A stretch of DNA of 64,000 nt. Source: a virus. Below, one piece after another: positions 1 through 9,729 of this stretch (positions within the stretch are counted from its first letter, which is position 1; the number at the start of each line of letters is the position of its first letter). The stretch covers positions 19,958 through 83,957 of the IMG/VR virus record IMGVR_UViG_3300000234_000002; one strand, given 5' to 3'. The notes below the pieces were generated by a model. That model had not been told where the DNA came from. It did no database searches and was given only the letters and a program-made list of their open reading frames with translations. The position numbers and the translations under genes were made by a program.

Positions 1-2
1 CA

Positions 3-551
3 CTTTTTGTTCCTAATAACTGTGTTATTTATTCAAATGCCGTAGGACAACATGTTCGTGAGAATCGTCATAAGTTTCTCCATAAGGGCTGTTTCCACAA
101 GCTAAAGGGATATGCTTATTCTCAACTCAACAAAATGAAGAACGGTAGTCCTCGTGAAAATTCAAAGAGGGCTGAAAGCATAGCCAAATATGGTTTTGAC
201 GTGAAATTCGGATATCATGTTGTGAGGCTCGTTTTGGAAGCCGAACAAATTCTCACAACTGGAGATTTGAATCTTCAACTCCATAAAGAACAGTTGAAAG
301 CGATAAGACGTGGAGAAGTTCCACTCGAAAAAATCGAAGAGTTTTTTAATGAAAAAGAGAAAGTTCTTGAGGGTCTTTATCATTCATCAACAGTAATTCC
401 TTATTCTCCGGATGAAAACGCAATAAAAGAGCTTCTCATAAATTGTTTAGAAATGCACTACGGCTCTCTTGAGAAAGCCGTAGTCATTGAGGATTCTCAC
501 ATCAAAGCTCTTCGAGATATCAAAAAGATTCTCGAAAAAGCCAACATTTAG
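3..551 (+). CDS. Predicted nucleotidyltransferase (YcgL/RlaP-like), 5' truncated by window edge
   Basis: Frame is open from position 3 (LFVPNNCV...HKFLHKGCFHKLKGYAYSQL), then GFDVKFGYHVVRL...LKAIRRGE, the typical C-terminal half of this phage family. Confidence 0.7.
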   Translation, partial: LFVPNNCVIYSNAVGQHVRENRHKFLHKGCFHKLKGYAYSQLNKMKNGSPRENSKRAESIAKYGFDVKFGYHVVRLVLEAEQILTTGDLNLQLHKEQLKAIRRGEVPLEKIEEFFNEKEKVLEGLYHSSTVIPYSPDENAIKELLINCLEMHYGSLEKAVVIEDSHIKALRDIKKILEKANI

Positions 552-588
552 GTTTTTCCACTTCATGAAAGTTCTGGGGAGATAAAAC

Positions 589-1008
589 TCAACCTGAATT
601 TTCAGAAGTCTCAATTATATCACAAAGTAAAGAATCTAGATAGTGATGAGAAAATTCGTCACCAAGAAAACCTAACGTCTGACTATCTCCCCATCTTTCA
701 TCAGATATTTCAACACCATCACAGGTAAAAACACCATCAGTGTTGTTTTTATCGAGTCGTCCATCAAATGTGCATTTTCTTCCATCGTGAAGAGTGAATT
801 CAAAATATCCATCAATTATATCAAATGATTTATCTTTTTGGCTAATATATTCTCGAATTTTCACAACATTTGGGGTGAATAAATTTCCGGCGATCTTCTT
901 AACAAGACCCTTTATAGCGCTTGCGACCCTCGCCTTATCAGGCGTCTTCGACGCCTCGATAGCGGCAGCGATTTTTCTTAACTCAGTGGCAACTTGCGAG
1001 GGCCTCAT
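589..1008 (-). CDS. Leader-cassette protein 1: conserved 40-aa leader + acidic variable domain
   Basis: Likely start is the ATG at 1008 (MRPSQVATELRKIA...), matching the other copies; the ORF track extends to a TTG at 1038. Confidence 0.75.
   Translation of the reverse strand: MRPSQVATELRKIAAAIEASKTPDKARVASAIKGLVKKIAGNLFTPNVVKIREYISQKDKSFDIIDGYFEFTLHDGRKCTFDGRLDKNNTDGVFTCDGVEISDERWGDSQTLGFLGDEFSHHYLDSLLCDIIETSENSG
889..1008 (-). repeat. 120-bp dispersed leader module, copy 1
   Basis: Near-identical nucleotide sequence to 1314-1433, 19022-19141, 20606-20725 and 24257-24376. Confidence 0.95.
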
Positions 1009-1025
1009 TGTGTTTCTTTTATCCG

Positions 1026-1050
1026 AGCTGCGGATCAAAGCTGCGGATCA
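1026..1050. repeat. 12-bp direct repeat AGCTGCGGATCA (13-nt period) at gene junction
   Basis: 1026-1037 and 1039-1050 are identical; the repeat spans the stop codon of 1035..2036. Confidence 0.85.
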
Positions 1051-2036
1051 CTAAACAAAAGACCGTCAATTTTTCCATCAATATTAATTAACTCCGATGA
1101 AGCTTTTACTAGAACATTTTGCTGACGAATGTAAAGACTTTCAATTTCATTTATAACATCATCGCCAAGATGACTGAATTCAGACCTCACATAATTCATA
1201 TTTAATGGCACAACAGCCTCTGATAAAGCTTCCAAAGCATAACCTGCACCCTCAAAGTCATTTAAAAATTTAGTAGCAAGGTTATTAGCATAAGATACAT
1301 ATTCATCATTGTGAGCGATCTTTTTAACAAGACCCTTTATGGCTGAAGCGACCTTCGTCTTATCAGGCGTCTTCGACGCCTCGATAGCGGCAGCAATTTT
1401 TCTTAGCTCAGTGGCAACTTGCGAGGGCTTCATGACATTTCCTTTATCCGAAGAAGTTTTCGTTTCGAGAACGTCCTTCAAAATTTCATTGAGGTCATTA
1501 TCAAGTTCTAGCTTTGCAGCTTTTACCTTTTCAATATAACTATCGTAAACTTTCTTTAATTTTAGCGCTTCATATTCTTCGACTCTCGGATGGTCGGCTT
1601 TAGGGAAACGCTTCAAACAAGAATCATAAGTTTTATACGCAGCATTGTAAGCATCGTTAAATTTTGGAACGAACGACTTATGGAATTTACTGAAGAACTT
1701 ATTGGCCGAGTTATTCCACTCGGACATTGAGTCTTTCTCTATATTTTCTTTAACCTGAGTTACAATGTCTTTCCCTTTAGCGGAAAGGTATTTCTGAGCG
1801 ATTCTTTTGGACACTAAGCTATTGGATGACACTTGTGAATTCCCAACTTCTTTTTGTGCCCAAGAATCACCTTCAGGAGTATTGTAGACCAGACATTTAT
1901 AACCTTGAATTTTCAAGTATCCGGAGAATGTTGAATCTCTAACAACATTCTCCGGTACATTCTTAACATCCCACTGGCCGTCAGGCTGTAAATGGAAACC
2001 GAGACCCGACGTCATTTTAAAATCGTCTGATAACAT
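1035..2036 (-). CDS. Multi-domain protein with internal leader module (cassette 2 fused in frame)
   Basis: 333 aa; contains SKRIAQKYLSA linker and internal MKPSQVATEL... at 1433, preceded by SD-like AAAGGA. Confidence 0.75.
   Translation of the reverse strand: MLSDDFKMTSGLGFHLQPDGQWDVKNVPENVVRDSTFSGYLKIQGYKCLVYNTPEGDSWAQKEVGNSQVSSNSLVSKRIAQKYLSAKGKDIVTQVKENIEKDSMSEWNNSANKFFSKFHKSFVPKFNDAYNAAYKTYDSCLKRFPKADHPRVEEYEALKLKKVYDSYIEKVKAAKLELDNDLNEILKDVLETKTSSDKGNVMKPSQVATELRKIAAAIEASKTPDKTKVASAIKGLVKKIAHNDEYVSYANNLATKFLNDFEGAGYALEALSEAVVPLNMNYVRSEFSHLGDDVINEIESLYIRQQNVLVKASSELINIDGKIDGLLFSDPQL
1314..1433 (-). repeat. 120-bp dispersed leader module, copy 2
   Basis: Direct sequence comparison with the other four copies. 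Confidence 0.95.
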
Positions 2037-2051
2037 CAGGTTACCCTAAAT

Positions 2052-2537
2052 TCACTCTCCGTGATGACCTTTTCCACGTCTATCGAAGTAATAGGTAGAA
2101 TTCTTCGACTGATCACCGTAAACGGAGTGAACAGCTTTCTCAATTTGCTCAAGCGGCTTATCGAGGTCCTCAACGGTGTCTACTTGCTGGAAAATTCCAG
2201 CAAGTTTATGGACCGAAGAAGCCAAAGTGCGACGAGCTTTGACGTCCGAGCGTCTCTCGGTCGCGGCTACTGCTTTCTTCAAAGTCTCCAGAATCGAAGA
2301 AATCTTCGAATAGATCTTCGCGTTGTGAGTAGAAGCGCTATGGAGAGTGTCGATTTGGCTGTGGATGAAACCGATGTCGTCTTTCATCGACTCTTTACCG
2401 AAAGATTCCTCAGCTTCGCTTGCCTGTTCACTTATAACTTTAATTTCTTCCTGAAGTTCTTGAACAGTATCCGTGACAGCTTCGGACTGAGGGTCCATAT
2501 TGGCAAGTTTGCGAACAGTGGAGATCAAAGATTTCAT
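2052..2537 (-). CDS. Hypothetical coiled-coil protein
   Basis: 161-aa ORF, SD-like AAAGGA upstream, helical composition. Confidence 0.7.
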   Translation of the reverse strand: MKSLISTVRKLANMDPQSEAVTDTVQELQEEIKVISEQASEAEESFGKESMKDDIGFIHSQIDTLHSASTHNAKIYSKISSILETLKKAVAATERRSDVKARRTLASSVHKLAGIFQQVDTVEDLDKPLEQIEKAVHSVYGDQSKNSTYYFDRRGKGHHGE

Positions 2538-2572
2538 GGTTTCCTTTCAATTCTTTCCTATCAATAGCTTAA

Positions 2573-4075
2573 TCAAACAAAAGAACTTTGGTTGGATTCT
2601 ATCAAAATGCTGTCTGGAGGTGATTGATATTTATGATGTTTCTTAGACATCTGGCCAATTTTATGATTATCAATAATTTGCTTAGTTGCTTTTATGATGT
2701 TGTCGAGGCTGAAATAGCATACGCCCTCAACAACTCTTCCTTCAGCCACAGCATTTTTAATCGTATTCTTAACCAAACTCTTGATATAGTCGCCAGTCAA
2801 ACCTTCAGTGAGTTCAATAATGTTGGAAAAAGAATCTGCGGTAAAACTATCATCATGCTGAGTGCAATATGATTTGAAGAACTTAGAAATCATTTCTCTT
2901 CTGTCGACAGCATCAGGAAGAGGGATTTCAATTTTCGAGTCAAATCTTCCAGGTCGATTGATAAGGGCTTCATCCATAGAAAAAACGTCATTGGTGGAAG
3001 CCATAACAACCACACCAGAGTTTTCTCTAGCACCGTCTAAACAAGCTAAAAACTCGTTCAAAATTCTTCCGGATCCACCAAAACTCGATCTATCTTGACC
3101 GAAAAGGTCCATATCTTCTATAAAAATTATGCAAGGAGTCAAAGCTCTGGCAGCTTCAAAAAGCGAAGTCACATGGTCTGCCTGATTTATTGACTTACCG
3201 GTGCACCATATGCGAGTCATGCCTTCCGAGACTTCACAGTCTATGGCTCGGAAAGTCATGGTTTTTGCCATACCGGGAGGTGATATGAGCATTACGTTAT
3301 TGGAAGGCGGCATCCCAAGTTCAAGAAATTTATCGGCATTCTTTAATATTTCAACAGTGTTATTTCTTATCATTTCCTTCAGAGAAGGCTTCATTATAAT
3401 GGAGTCCCAAGAGGTGTTGGTGACTTCACCAAAACCAAAAATTCCCTGATCATAAGTTAAACATTTCTTATAATAAATATCGTTTACCATTCTAGACTCG
3501 TCAAGATCAACCAAGAAATTCTCAGCAAGTTGAGAATTTTCAGGGTTCGTCATGACAGAGACACTGCAACTCATGCTTGTGTAGCACAAGTCCAAGTTCA
3601 CAGTCAAATTCTTATTCGTTTTACGGCATTTGACGAAAAAACATCCAAAAGCCGGAAGAAGCATTTTTTGATTTAAAGATATTTCAAAAAGCTCAGATTG
3701 AATTCTGAAATTGTAATCATTTTTAATCATATCCGAAAACTCATAAGAGTCCATGAACGGAATAATGTCGTAAGATGAAGAAGGTCCGTTGAAAAGGCAA
3801 TAGAATGAATAAGAATTCAGGGCTCGAGACCAGCTCGGATAGGTTCTATTTACAGAAGTGCACTTATAAAGAGAAGATTCAAGCCAAATCTCTTTTATGT
3901 GGTTAACCGGATCCGATGGATACCACTTTTGGGGAGCTTTTTTGTTTCTTTCATCGACCTTATAAAAGTAAGTGTCAACAAAGTAATTTATAAGACCTGA
4001 AACCATAGAACTGATATTATAAGGTTTAGAGTCAAGATTTTTAATATAATTAGCAGTTTTAGCTAAGTTACTCAT
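2573..4075 (-). CDS. AAA+ ATPase (classical clade)
   Basis: Variant Walker A ISPPGMAKT, Walker B IIFIEDMD, sensor ASTN, SRH DEALINRPGRFD. Confidence 0.88.
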   Translation of the reverse strand: MSNLAKTANYIKNLDSKPYNISSMVSGLINYFVDTYFYKVDERNKKAPQKWYPSDPVNHIKEIWLESSLYKCTSVNRTYPSWSRALNSYSFYCLFNGPSSSYDIIPFMDSYEFSDMIKNDYNFRIQSELFEISLNQKMLLPAFGCFFVKCRKTNKNLTVNLDLCYTSMSCSVSVMTNPENSQLAENFLVDLDESRMVNDIYYKKCLTYDQGIFGFGEVTNTSWDSIIMKPSLKEMIRNNTVEILKNADKFLELGMPPSNNVMLISPPGMAKTMTFRAIDCEVSEGMTRIWCTGKSINQADHVTSLFEAARALTPCIIFIEDMDLFGQDRSSFGGSGRILNEFLACLDGARENSGVVVMASTNDVFSMDEALINRPGRFDSKIEIPLPDAVDRREMISKFFKSYCTQHDDSFTADSFSNIIELTEGLTGDYIKSLVKNTIKNAVAEGRVVEGVCYFSLDNIIKATKQIIDNHKIGQMSKKHHKYQSPPDSILIESNQSSFV

Positions 4076-4101
4076 GCAAACTGTACTTTAATAGGAGCTT
4101 A

Positions 4102-5895
4102 TTAGAAGGACATAGAATCTAAATATTTATCCCAAATATAAATTTTATCTGAGAAATTCATATTCAATGAAATACTCGCAACAGAAGATGACTTTCTTCT
4201 TTTAAGGGCTTTATCTGCATATCCTCTTAGTTCCTCGTTTTCATTTTCTGAAATTTCTTCAAGTGTTTTTAAAGGTGTGTTTGGGTTGCCACAAAGCCAT
4301 ACTAATGTTATGAAATCACCAGTTTTTGAAAATTTATGGAGTACTTCAGGAGGACTTTTTGGATTGCTGGAGATAGACTTAATGAACTCTGGGTCTTCAG
4401 TATCCGAAAAACTTTCAATTATTTCGACGGGAATTTTCGGGTTATTGAGCAAAGAAGTTATTGAATGATGATCTCCATATTCAATGATTTCATTTGCGAT
4501 TTCATTATTAATATTTGAATTGCGAGCAATGCCTCTTTGAATATGGGGATCTTTTTTTCTTGCCAAAAGAATAAGAATTTCTGAAGAAACTTTTTTATTT
4601 GCACCTAAAGCGTTCAAAACTTCTTTGTTATGACTTTCTGAAAGTGCTTCAATAATTCCGGGTGTTATATTTTTATTACTAGCCAAACTTGCAAGAACTT
4701 CATGATCATCGTCCAATAAATTTTCAAGAATTTCAACAGGAGTCAAAGGATTAGATGCTATAACTGATCGAACTTCAAGGTCTTTGTCAGTTGATAATTT
4801 TTCGATAATACTCCGTGGTAAATTAGTATTAGTACCCAAAAAAGCACGAATCTCTGCACTTTCATGATTTGAAAATTTTTCTAAAGTATTAGCATCCGTA
4901 TTTGGGTTGCGAACAACACCTGAAAGAACGTCATAATCTTCGGAGTTTGAAAGTTTTTCCAAAATGTATGGTGGGGTGCTGTGATTATAAGCAATACCAA
5001 TATTAGTATTAACATCGTTTTCATCAAATAATAACTCAATCATATAGGGAGTCAAGTTTTCATTTGAAGAAATTGCTTTTTTTATTTCCTTATTGTCACT
5101 CTTAACAAGATCTTCTTGTTCTTTTTTAGATAACTCTTCACCCGACCCGAATTTTGCAAGTGCACTCTTTGGAGCATCTTTAGCTTTTTGATCGCAAACA
5201 TTCATAATACTATTGAAACTATCACCTAAATATTTTGAAACTTTATAATCAGAAAGTTGTTTGTCATAGGAGTTCCAAAATATTTTCTCTTCAGTGTTAT
5301 TATCAACGTCTCTTTGATAGCTTATCGCTATTTTATAAAGTGGATCCGAAATATCGGATTTTTTGTTTAATACGAAAAAGAAAACACAATTTGATAATTG
5401 ATACTCCTCATAATATGATGCACCCTTCATCGTTATACACCATTTAGAGCCTTGACCGTGGAATATTGAAGCAGCTTTATTTTTTATCCACAAAACTTCA
5501 AAATCATCATTTTCAAAAATTTTCTCAGAATCAGGAACTTCTTCTAGTTTATAACGTTTTTGAACTTTATCTTTCCTACCCGATTGGTTATCTTTCAATT
5601 CAAATAACTGGTCTCTAAGTTCCGTAAATTCATTAAATTTATACTGATAAATATCTCGCTTTTCTAAATTCTTCCCAAATTTCTCGAAAAGTTCAACAAC
5701 ATCAGCAATTTCAGCAGAAAGTGCTTGCCCAGACTCAAGTATTTTAAGTTCCCACTCAAGATATTTATTCTTCCCTTTTGTGGGATCTTTAGAACTAAAA
5801 TACTCTATGTCTTTTTGATACTGTGGATATTTGACTAAAGCATCTTTTTCTGATAATGCAGCGATAATTGAATATGCTATACGAACTAAATTCAT
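4102..5895 (-). CDS. GSKWC-motif domain + leucine-rich variant/HEAT-like repeat protein (paralog of 31364..33073)
   Basis: HGQGSKWCIT..YYEEY motif followed by about 12 repeats of A.NPNTP..IL..L. Confidence 0.8.
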   Translation of the reverse strand: MNLVRIAYSIIAALSEKDALVKYPQYQKDIEYFSSKDPTKGKNKYLEWELKILESGQALSAEIADVVELFEKFGKNLEKRDIYQYKFNEFTELRDQLFELKDNQSGRKDKVQKRYKLEEVPDSEKIFENDDFEVLWIKNKAASIFHGQGSKWCITMKGASYYEEYQLSNCVFFFVLNKKSDISDPLYKIAISYQRDVDNNTEEKIFWNSYDKQLSDYKVSKYLGDSFNSIMNVCDQKAKDAPKSALAKFGSGEELSKKEQEDLVKSDNKEIKKAISSNENLTPYMIELLFDENDVNTNIGIAYNHSTPPYILEKLSNSEDYDVLSGVVRNPNTDANTLEKFSNHESAEIRAFLGTNTNLPRSIIEKLSTDKDLEVRSVIASNPLTPVEILENLLDDDHEVLASLASNKNITPGIIEALSESHNKEVLNALGANKKVSSEILILLARKKDPHIQRGIARNSNINNEIANEIIEYGDHHSITSLLNNPKIPVEIIESFSDTEDPEFIKSISSNPKSPPEVLHKFSKTGDFITLVWLCGNPNTPLKTLEEISENENEELRGYADKALKRRKSSSVASISLNMNFSDKIYIWDKYLDSMSF

Positions 5896-5917
5896 ACTTT
5901 TTTTTCTTATTATAAGT

Positions 5918-6424
5918 TTATACAGACATTATTTTAAATGGAGGACGAACTGCATTGCTGTGAATAGAAGCAGCTTTCAATGCAGTTTTTATTCGGGTCT
6001 TAGGATCAAAACCAACAGTTGAGGCTAAAGAACCTAAACAGATTTCGTCTGCTATTCCTATTGCATTATAACAGTTTACGGATCTTTCTAAGTGGTAATC
6101 ATTGTAACTGGTCCAAATGCGACCTTTGCTACCAACTATTATTTGCCAGTCGTTTAAATTATATTTATTACTCTTTATGTATCGATGAAAAGAATCCATG
6201 AAGATGTTACCATCGTCATCCGATCCTAAAGGTTCTAACGGTTTAAAATTCAAAAAAGCCGTTTCAAATTTCCAATTTCCTGCAAATCCGACAAGCCAGC
6301 CATTTCTTTTAAAAAGTTTTTTATTTGTAACAGAACAAATAGTAGAATTCGACACTCCGGAACTAGCAGAGTCCGAACCGAACCAAACTTTCCCATCTGA
6401 TTCAATGCCAACTACTGCAGTCAT
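5918..6424 (-). CDS. HslV/proteasome-beta-like Ntn peptidase
   Basis: GAGG SD favours the start at 6424, giving M-T-AVVGI with N-terminal Thr; GSDS, K, GFAG, AIG, ALKAA...VRPPF motifs. Confidence 0.75.
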   Translation of the reverse strand: MTAVVGIESDGKVWFGSDSASSGVSNSTICSVTNKKLFKRNGWLVGFAGNWKFETAFLNFKPLEPLGSDDDGNIFMDSFHRYIKSNKYNLNDWQIIVGSKGRIWTSYNDYHLERSVNCYNAIGIADEICLGSLASTVGFDPKTRIKTALKAASIHSNAVRPPFKIMSV

Positions 6425-6433
6425 TTTCATTCC

Positions 6434-7648
6434 TCATTTATGAATTGGGTGATTTTCGTCAACCCAAATCGGAGAAACTAGGCACTTTCCTCGTTTAGAA
6501 TCAAGAAGATAACTTGCTTGAACCGGTTCTTGATAAGAGGCACGGACCGAAGTTCCATAAGCCGAATGGCCTATGACTGAACCATTACATATCACTCGTC
6601 CTAAATCCAAAAACGTGTGCCAATGACCTATATGGTGGTAATGAGCTTTTAAACCAGGGATGGTATCCCAGGAAGAAACATATTTCATAAGGGGAATCGA
6701 AAGTCCACCAATTCCACCAGAGTATTTTGTTTCATCTCCATGATGAAAATGGAGGTTCCAACCGTAAACACTAATGATGGTGTGGGCGCTTTTAGGAGCT
6801 TCTATTTTAACTCTGGGTTCATTTTTATAATAATGTTGAACGTCTTTGTAAACCGCCCATTCGTAAGAGTGGCTCCAACCGGTAGCTACTCTTCTTTCTT
6901 TAGTGGTTCGACCATGATTTCCGTAGTTACACGGGACTAAAATATTTTCAATTTGATCATCAGCCAAGAACGAGTCTATGGCTTCTACCATCATGTTTTT
7001 GAATACGGAAGCTGCCTGTAATGGAGCGAGAGATGTGGTTTCCACGAGTTCATCGTGAATATGGCCTGTTATGTGATCTCCACCGAACCACAAAACAACG
7101 TCTCGAATTTTATAAGATGATCTATGGTGAGCAAGAAGCCAATGGGCTCCTTCATACATTCTTTTGATTCTTGATTTTGCAATATCAAGAGAATATGAAT
7201 TGCAACCGCCAACACTTTCAGAGTCAACAGTCTCCTCTATATGCCAATCCGAACCCATAACAACCAAGGCACCTTCTCTTTCGTGCCTTTCTCTTTGATT
7301 TATAAAGATTGTCCTCTCGATTGGTTGAGAGGACAATTCATCGTGAAATTTATTTTTTAGTCTTTCTTCTATTAACCTATCTGAGAGTTCTGAAATTTGA
7401 GATTTTAAGTCTTTTTCTTGAAACTTTCGAAGTTTCTTTTGAACAATTTCTTCAGACTGGCTATTGACAAACCATCCTACAGTATTATTTGACTTTTTAG
7501 AAAATAAGACTTTATCTATTTCGAGTTCACGAATTTCTCTAGTTATAACAGAATGGTGAATTTTTAAAGAATTGGAGATGCTAGTTACGTTGGAACCTGG
7601 ATTGGACTTCAGATAGTCCAATATTAGGTTTGCGTTTTTGCTTAGCAT
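6434..7648 (-). CDS. Winged-HTH + calcineurin-like metallophosphoesterase
   Basis: N-terminal HTH-like segment; SDWH, GGD, GNHGR, HHG, GHWH motifs. Confidence 0.8.
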   Translation of the reverse strand: MLSKNANLILDYLKSNPGSNVTSISNSLKIHHSVITREIRELEIDKVLFSKKSNNTVGWFVNSQSEEIVQKKLRKFQEKDLKSQISELSDRLIEERLKNKFHDELSSQPIERTIFINQRERHEREGALVVMGSDWHIEETVDSESVGGCNSYSLDIAKSRIKRMYEGAHWLLAHHRSSYKIRDVVLWFGGDHITGHIHDELVETTSLAPLQAASVFKNMMVEAIDSFLADDQIENILVPCNYGNHGRTTKERRVATGWSHSYEWAVYKDVQHYYKNEPRVKIEAPKSAHTIISVYGWNLHFHHGDETKYSGGIGGLSIPLMKYVSSWDTIPGLKAHYHHIGHWHTFLDLGRVICNGSVIGHSAYGTSVRASYQEPVQASYLLDSKRGKCLVSPIWVDENHPIHK

Positions 7649-7703
7649 GACACAACAAATCGTAAAAAGAAGATTATTAAAAAGCGGTACAATTTTATTG
7701 AAA

Positions 7704-8021
7704 TTATTTATTCACAACGAATATTACTATACCAAAAATCGTAATGGCGAAACCAGTCATTTTAGTATATGATATCTCAAAAAATGAATTACTGAAGTAT
7801 CCTATCAATAATGGGTACATAATAACAAGTATTAAGTCATAAATTATCGCATCCTTCAAGATGTCTTTAGAATAAGAGGCAACAATCGTCCAAGTGGGAA
7901 CAAGTCCCATTAGATACATAATAACAGAATAGTGACTTCCACGGTGTAAGTTACAGCTAAGCCATGAATTTATGGATATTGTTATTAATAAAATTGGTAT
8001 CCAATAAATCATCATCCGCAA
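7704..8021 (-). CDS. Small four-TM membrane protein
   Basis: Four hydrophobic segments in 105 aa; true start may be the ATG at 8015 or 8012. Confidence 0.65.
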   Translation of the reverse strand: MRMMIYWIPILLITISINSWLSCNLHRGSHYSVIMYLMGLVPTWTIVASYSKDILKDAIIYDLILVIMYPLLIGYFSNSFFEISYTKMTGFAITIFGIVIFVVNK

Positions 8022-8083
8022 TAAGCAAAAAAGATTTATTTATATCATAACATTTAATAAGTATTTAATAGATATTAAATGTT

Positions 8084-8371
8084 ATGATTAGTGGAAAAGA
8101 AAAGTTTGTTAGAAAAATGGCTGCTTTAGCTTCTTCTTCAAATCAAGAATTAGCAAGTGCAATTAAAACAAAAATATTCCCGAAGTGGATGCGTTCAACG
8201 AACCCGAATTGGGAATCAGGTGATACACAAGTTCTTGGAGAACCTGTCAAGATGGGTGCACAAGATGGTGAACTCTATCTTGAAGCACGTGGAATTCGCG
8301 TTACGCAGGAATGGGATGGGGAGTTAAGTAAGAATTTAAACGATCTTTTAGAAAGTTGGCTTAGTCATTAA
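8084..8371 (+). CDS. Hypothetical protein
   Basis: 95-aa ATG ORF with normal composition. Confidence 0.6.
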   Translation: MISGKEKFVRKMAALASSSNQELASAIKTKIFPKWMRSTNPNWESGDTQVLGEPVKMGAQDGELYLEARGIRVTQEWDGELSKNLNDLLESWLSH

Positions 8372-8508
8372 TCCGGCCATACTTTGGAAGCCCAGTAGCG
8401 AGCATCCCTTCTATTCTTTGAACGAATTATTTTATAGGTACAAAACGTGGACCAAATAAAATATGCCCAAATGAATCCTGTTAGTATATAAAGAATGTTA
8501 TTCAACAC
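8368..8508 (-). CDS. Small single-TM protein (below ORF-track cutoff)
   Basis: Reads (M)LNNILYILTGFIWAYFIWSTFCTYKIIRSKNRRDARYWASKVWPD*; fills the gap and overlaps the stop of the upstream gene. Confidence 0.45.
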   Translation of the reverse strand: MLNNILYILTGFIWAYFIWSTFCTYKIIRSKNRRDARYWASKVWPD

Positions 8509-8791
8509 TGTCTAACCAATCATTGAACACCCAAACCGGACGGCCATCGCAGGTCAAAACTGCATTAGCTTCTACAGCTTTCGCGAGCTTCTCAGGAGTC
8601 AGGTCACAAGCATTCGTAAACCCATTTGTATATGATACTTTTTCCCGGTTAAATGGTTTTGATGGTTCCGGAATTACTAATAAACTACCAAGCTCAACCG
8701 ATAGGTTTGTCAACCGAGTGGATAATATCTGCATTTCCAAACGGATTTCTCGTGCTCGCCAGAAATTTCGTTCTTCAATTTTCATTTTCAT
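8498..8791 (-). CDS. Hypothetical protein
   Basis: 97-aa ORF with GAGG SD upstream. Confidence 0.6.
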   Translation of the reverse strand: MKMKIEERNFWRAREIRLEMQILSTRLTNLSVELGSLLVIPEPSKPFNREKVSYTNGFTNACDLTPEKLAKAVEANAVLTCDGRPVWVFNDWLDSVE

Positions 8792-8864
8792 TTATCACCT
8801 CGCACAGCATCAATTCGAGCTTCAAGCTTTTTTAGATTTTCCAAGACATTGGTCATGATCCTTA

Positions 8865-9239
8865 TCAGGTTTTGAGACAGTCATTTCCCCATTTTTGCTT
8901 TTGGGGCATTCTGTATGGAGCATTTACACCAGATTCAATTGCATCCGGTGATGGAACTTTTCCACGACGAAAACAAGCTTCCTTGAAAACGTGAAAATTG
9001 AATTCATACCCCTTAAAATTGATAGTGGCAATTCCCTTATCTTCTATATCTCGACCATTTTCAATTCCGGCCATGAGATCCCAAAGAGATCTCCTCTGTC
9101 CGTTCAAATAACGTTTGAGAGTTTGGGTATACTGTTCATAACTGTTCAGGGTATTTTGTGCGGCTTCAACCGCTTTGAGATTTGAAGAACTTCTAACTAC
9201 GAGTTTCAACCATTCGGTTGAAGAAATTTGGTCGATCAT
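8865..9239 (-). CDS. Hypothetical protein
   Basis: 124-aa ORF preceded by TGTAATAT-N5-ATG. Confidence 0.6.
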   Translation of the reverse strand: MIDQISSTEWLKLVVRSSSNLKAVEAAQNTLNSYEQYTQTLKRYLNGQRRSLWDLMAGIENGRDIEDKGIATINFKGYEFNFHVFKEACFRRGKVPSPDAIESGVNAPYRMPQKQKWGNDCLKT

Positions 9240-9254
9240 TTCAAATATTACATT

Positions 9255-9722
9255 TCAAATACTCGATTGTTCTACACTTAAAAGTAAATGATGATATTTG
9301 AGTTTATCTTTATACTCGGAGGTGTGATCCACTATAATAGATAAATATCTCTTCCTTGGAGGGAAAGAAGAGTATAACTTGATAATATTATCTATGACAT
9401 AATACTTCTTTTCCGAAAGAAATCTATCGAGAAAATCTCTTAGAGACTTTTCATTATGAAGACCATTAAATTCAAGACCTTCAAAAATGTTGACAGTGAG
9501 AGCCCAGTCATTTAATCTTTCTTTTATATAATCCGGGTAATCAGTTACCATTCTAGTGCTGGCAGGTAGACAAGCCACAGTCATTATTACTGCACAAAGA
9601 TTACCCTTAGAATCCAACTGGTGATAAAAACAAATTTGGTCTTTATCAACAGACATGACTTCGCCAGTAAAATTCGGACATCTAATAACTAATATATCTT
9701 CAACTGGATCATAACAAGCCAT
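9255..9722 (-). CDS. Hypothetical protein
   Basis: 155-aa ORF preceded by TGTAATGT-N4-ATG. Confidence 0.6.
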   Translation of the reverse strand: MACYDPVEDILVIRCPNFTGEVMSVDKDQICFYHQLDSKGNLCAVIMTVACLPASTRMVTDYPDYIKERLNDWALTVNIFEGLEFNGLHNEKSLRDFLDRFLSEKKYYVIDNIIKLYSSFPPRKRYLSIIVDHTSEYKDKLKYHHLLLSVEQSSI

Positions 9723-9729
9723 AAAAACA

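Noticed and set aside
1026-1050. 13-nt duplication as a frameshift splitting one long gene
   Set aside because: Removing one copy gives ...CAG CTC GGA TAA, still a stop, so the two ORFs do not fuse
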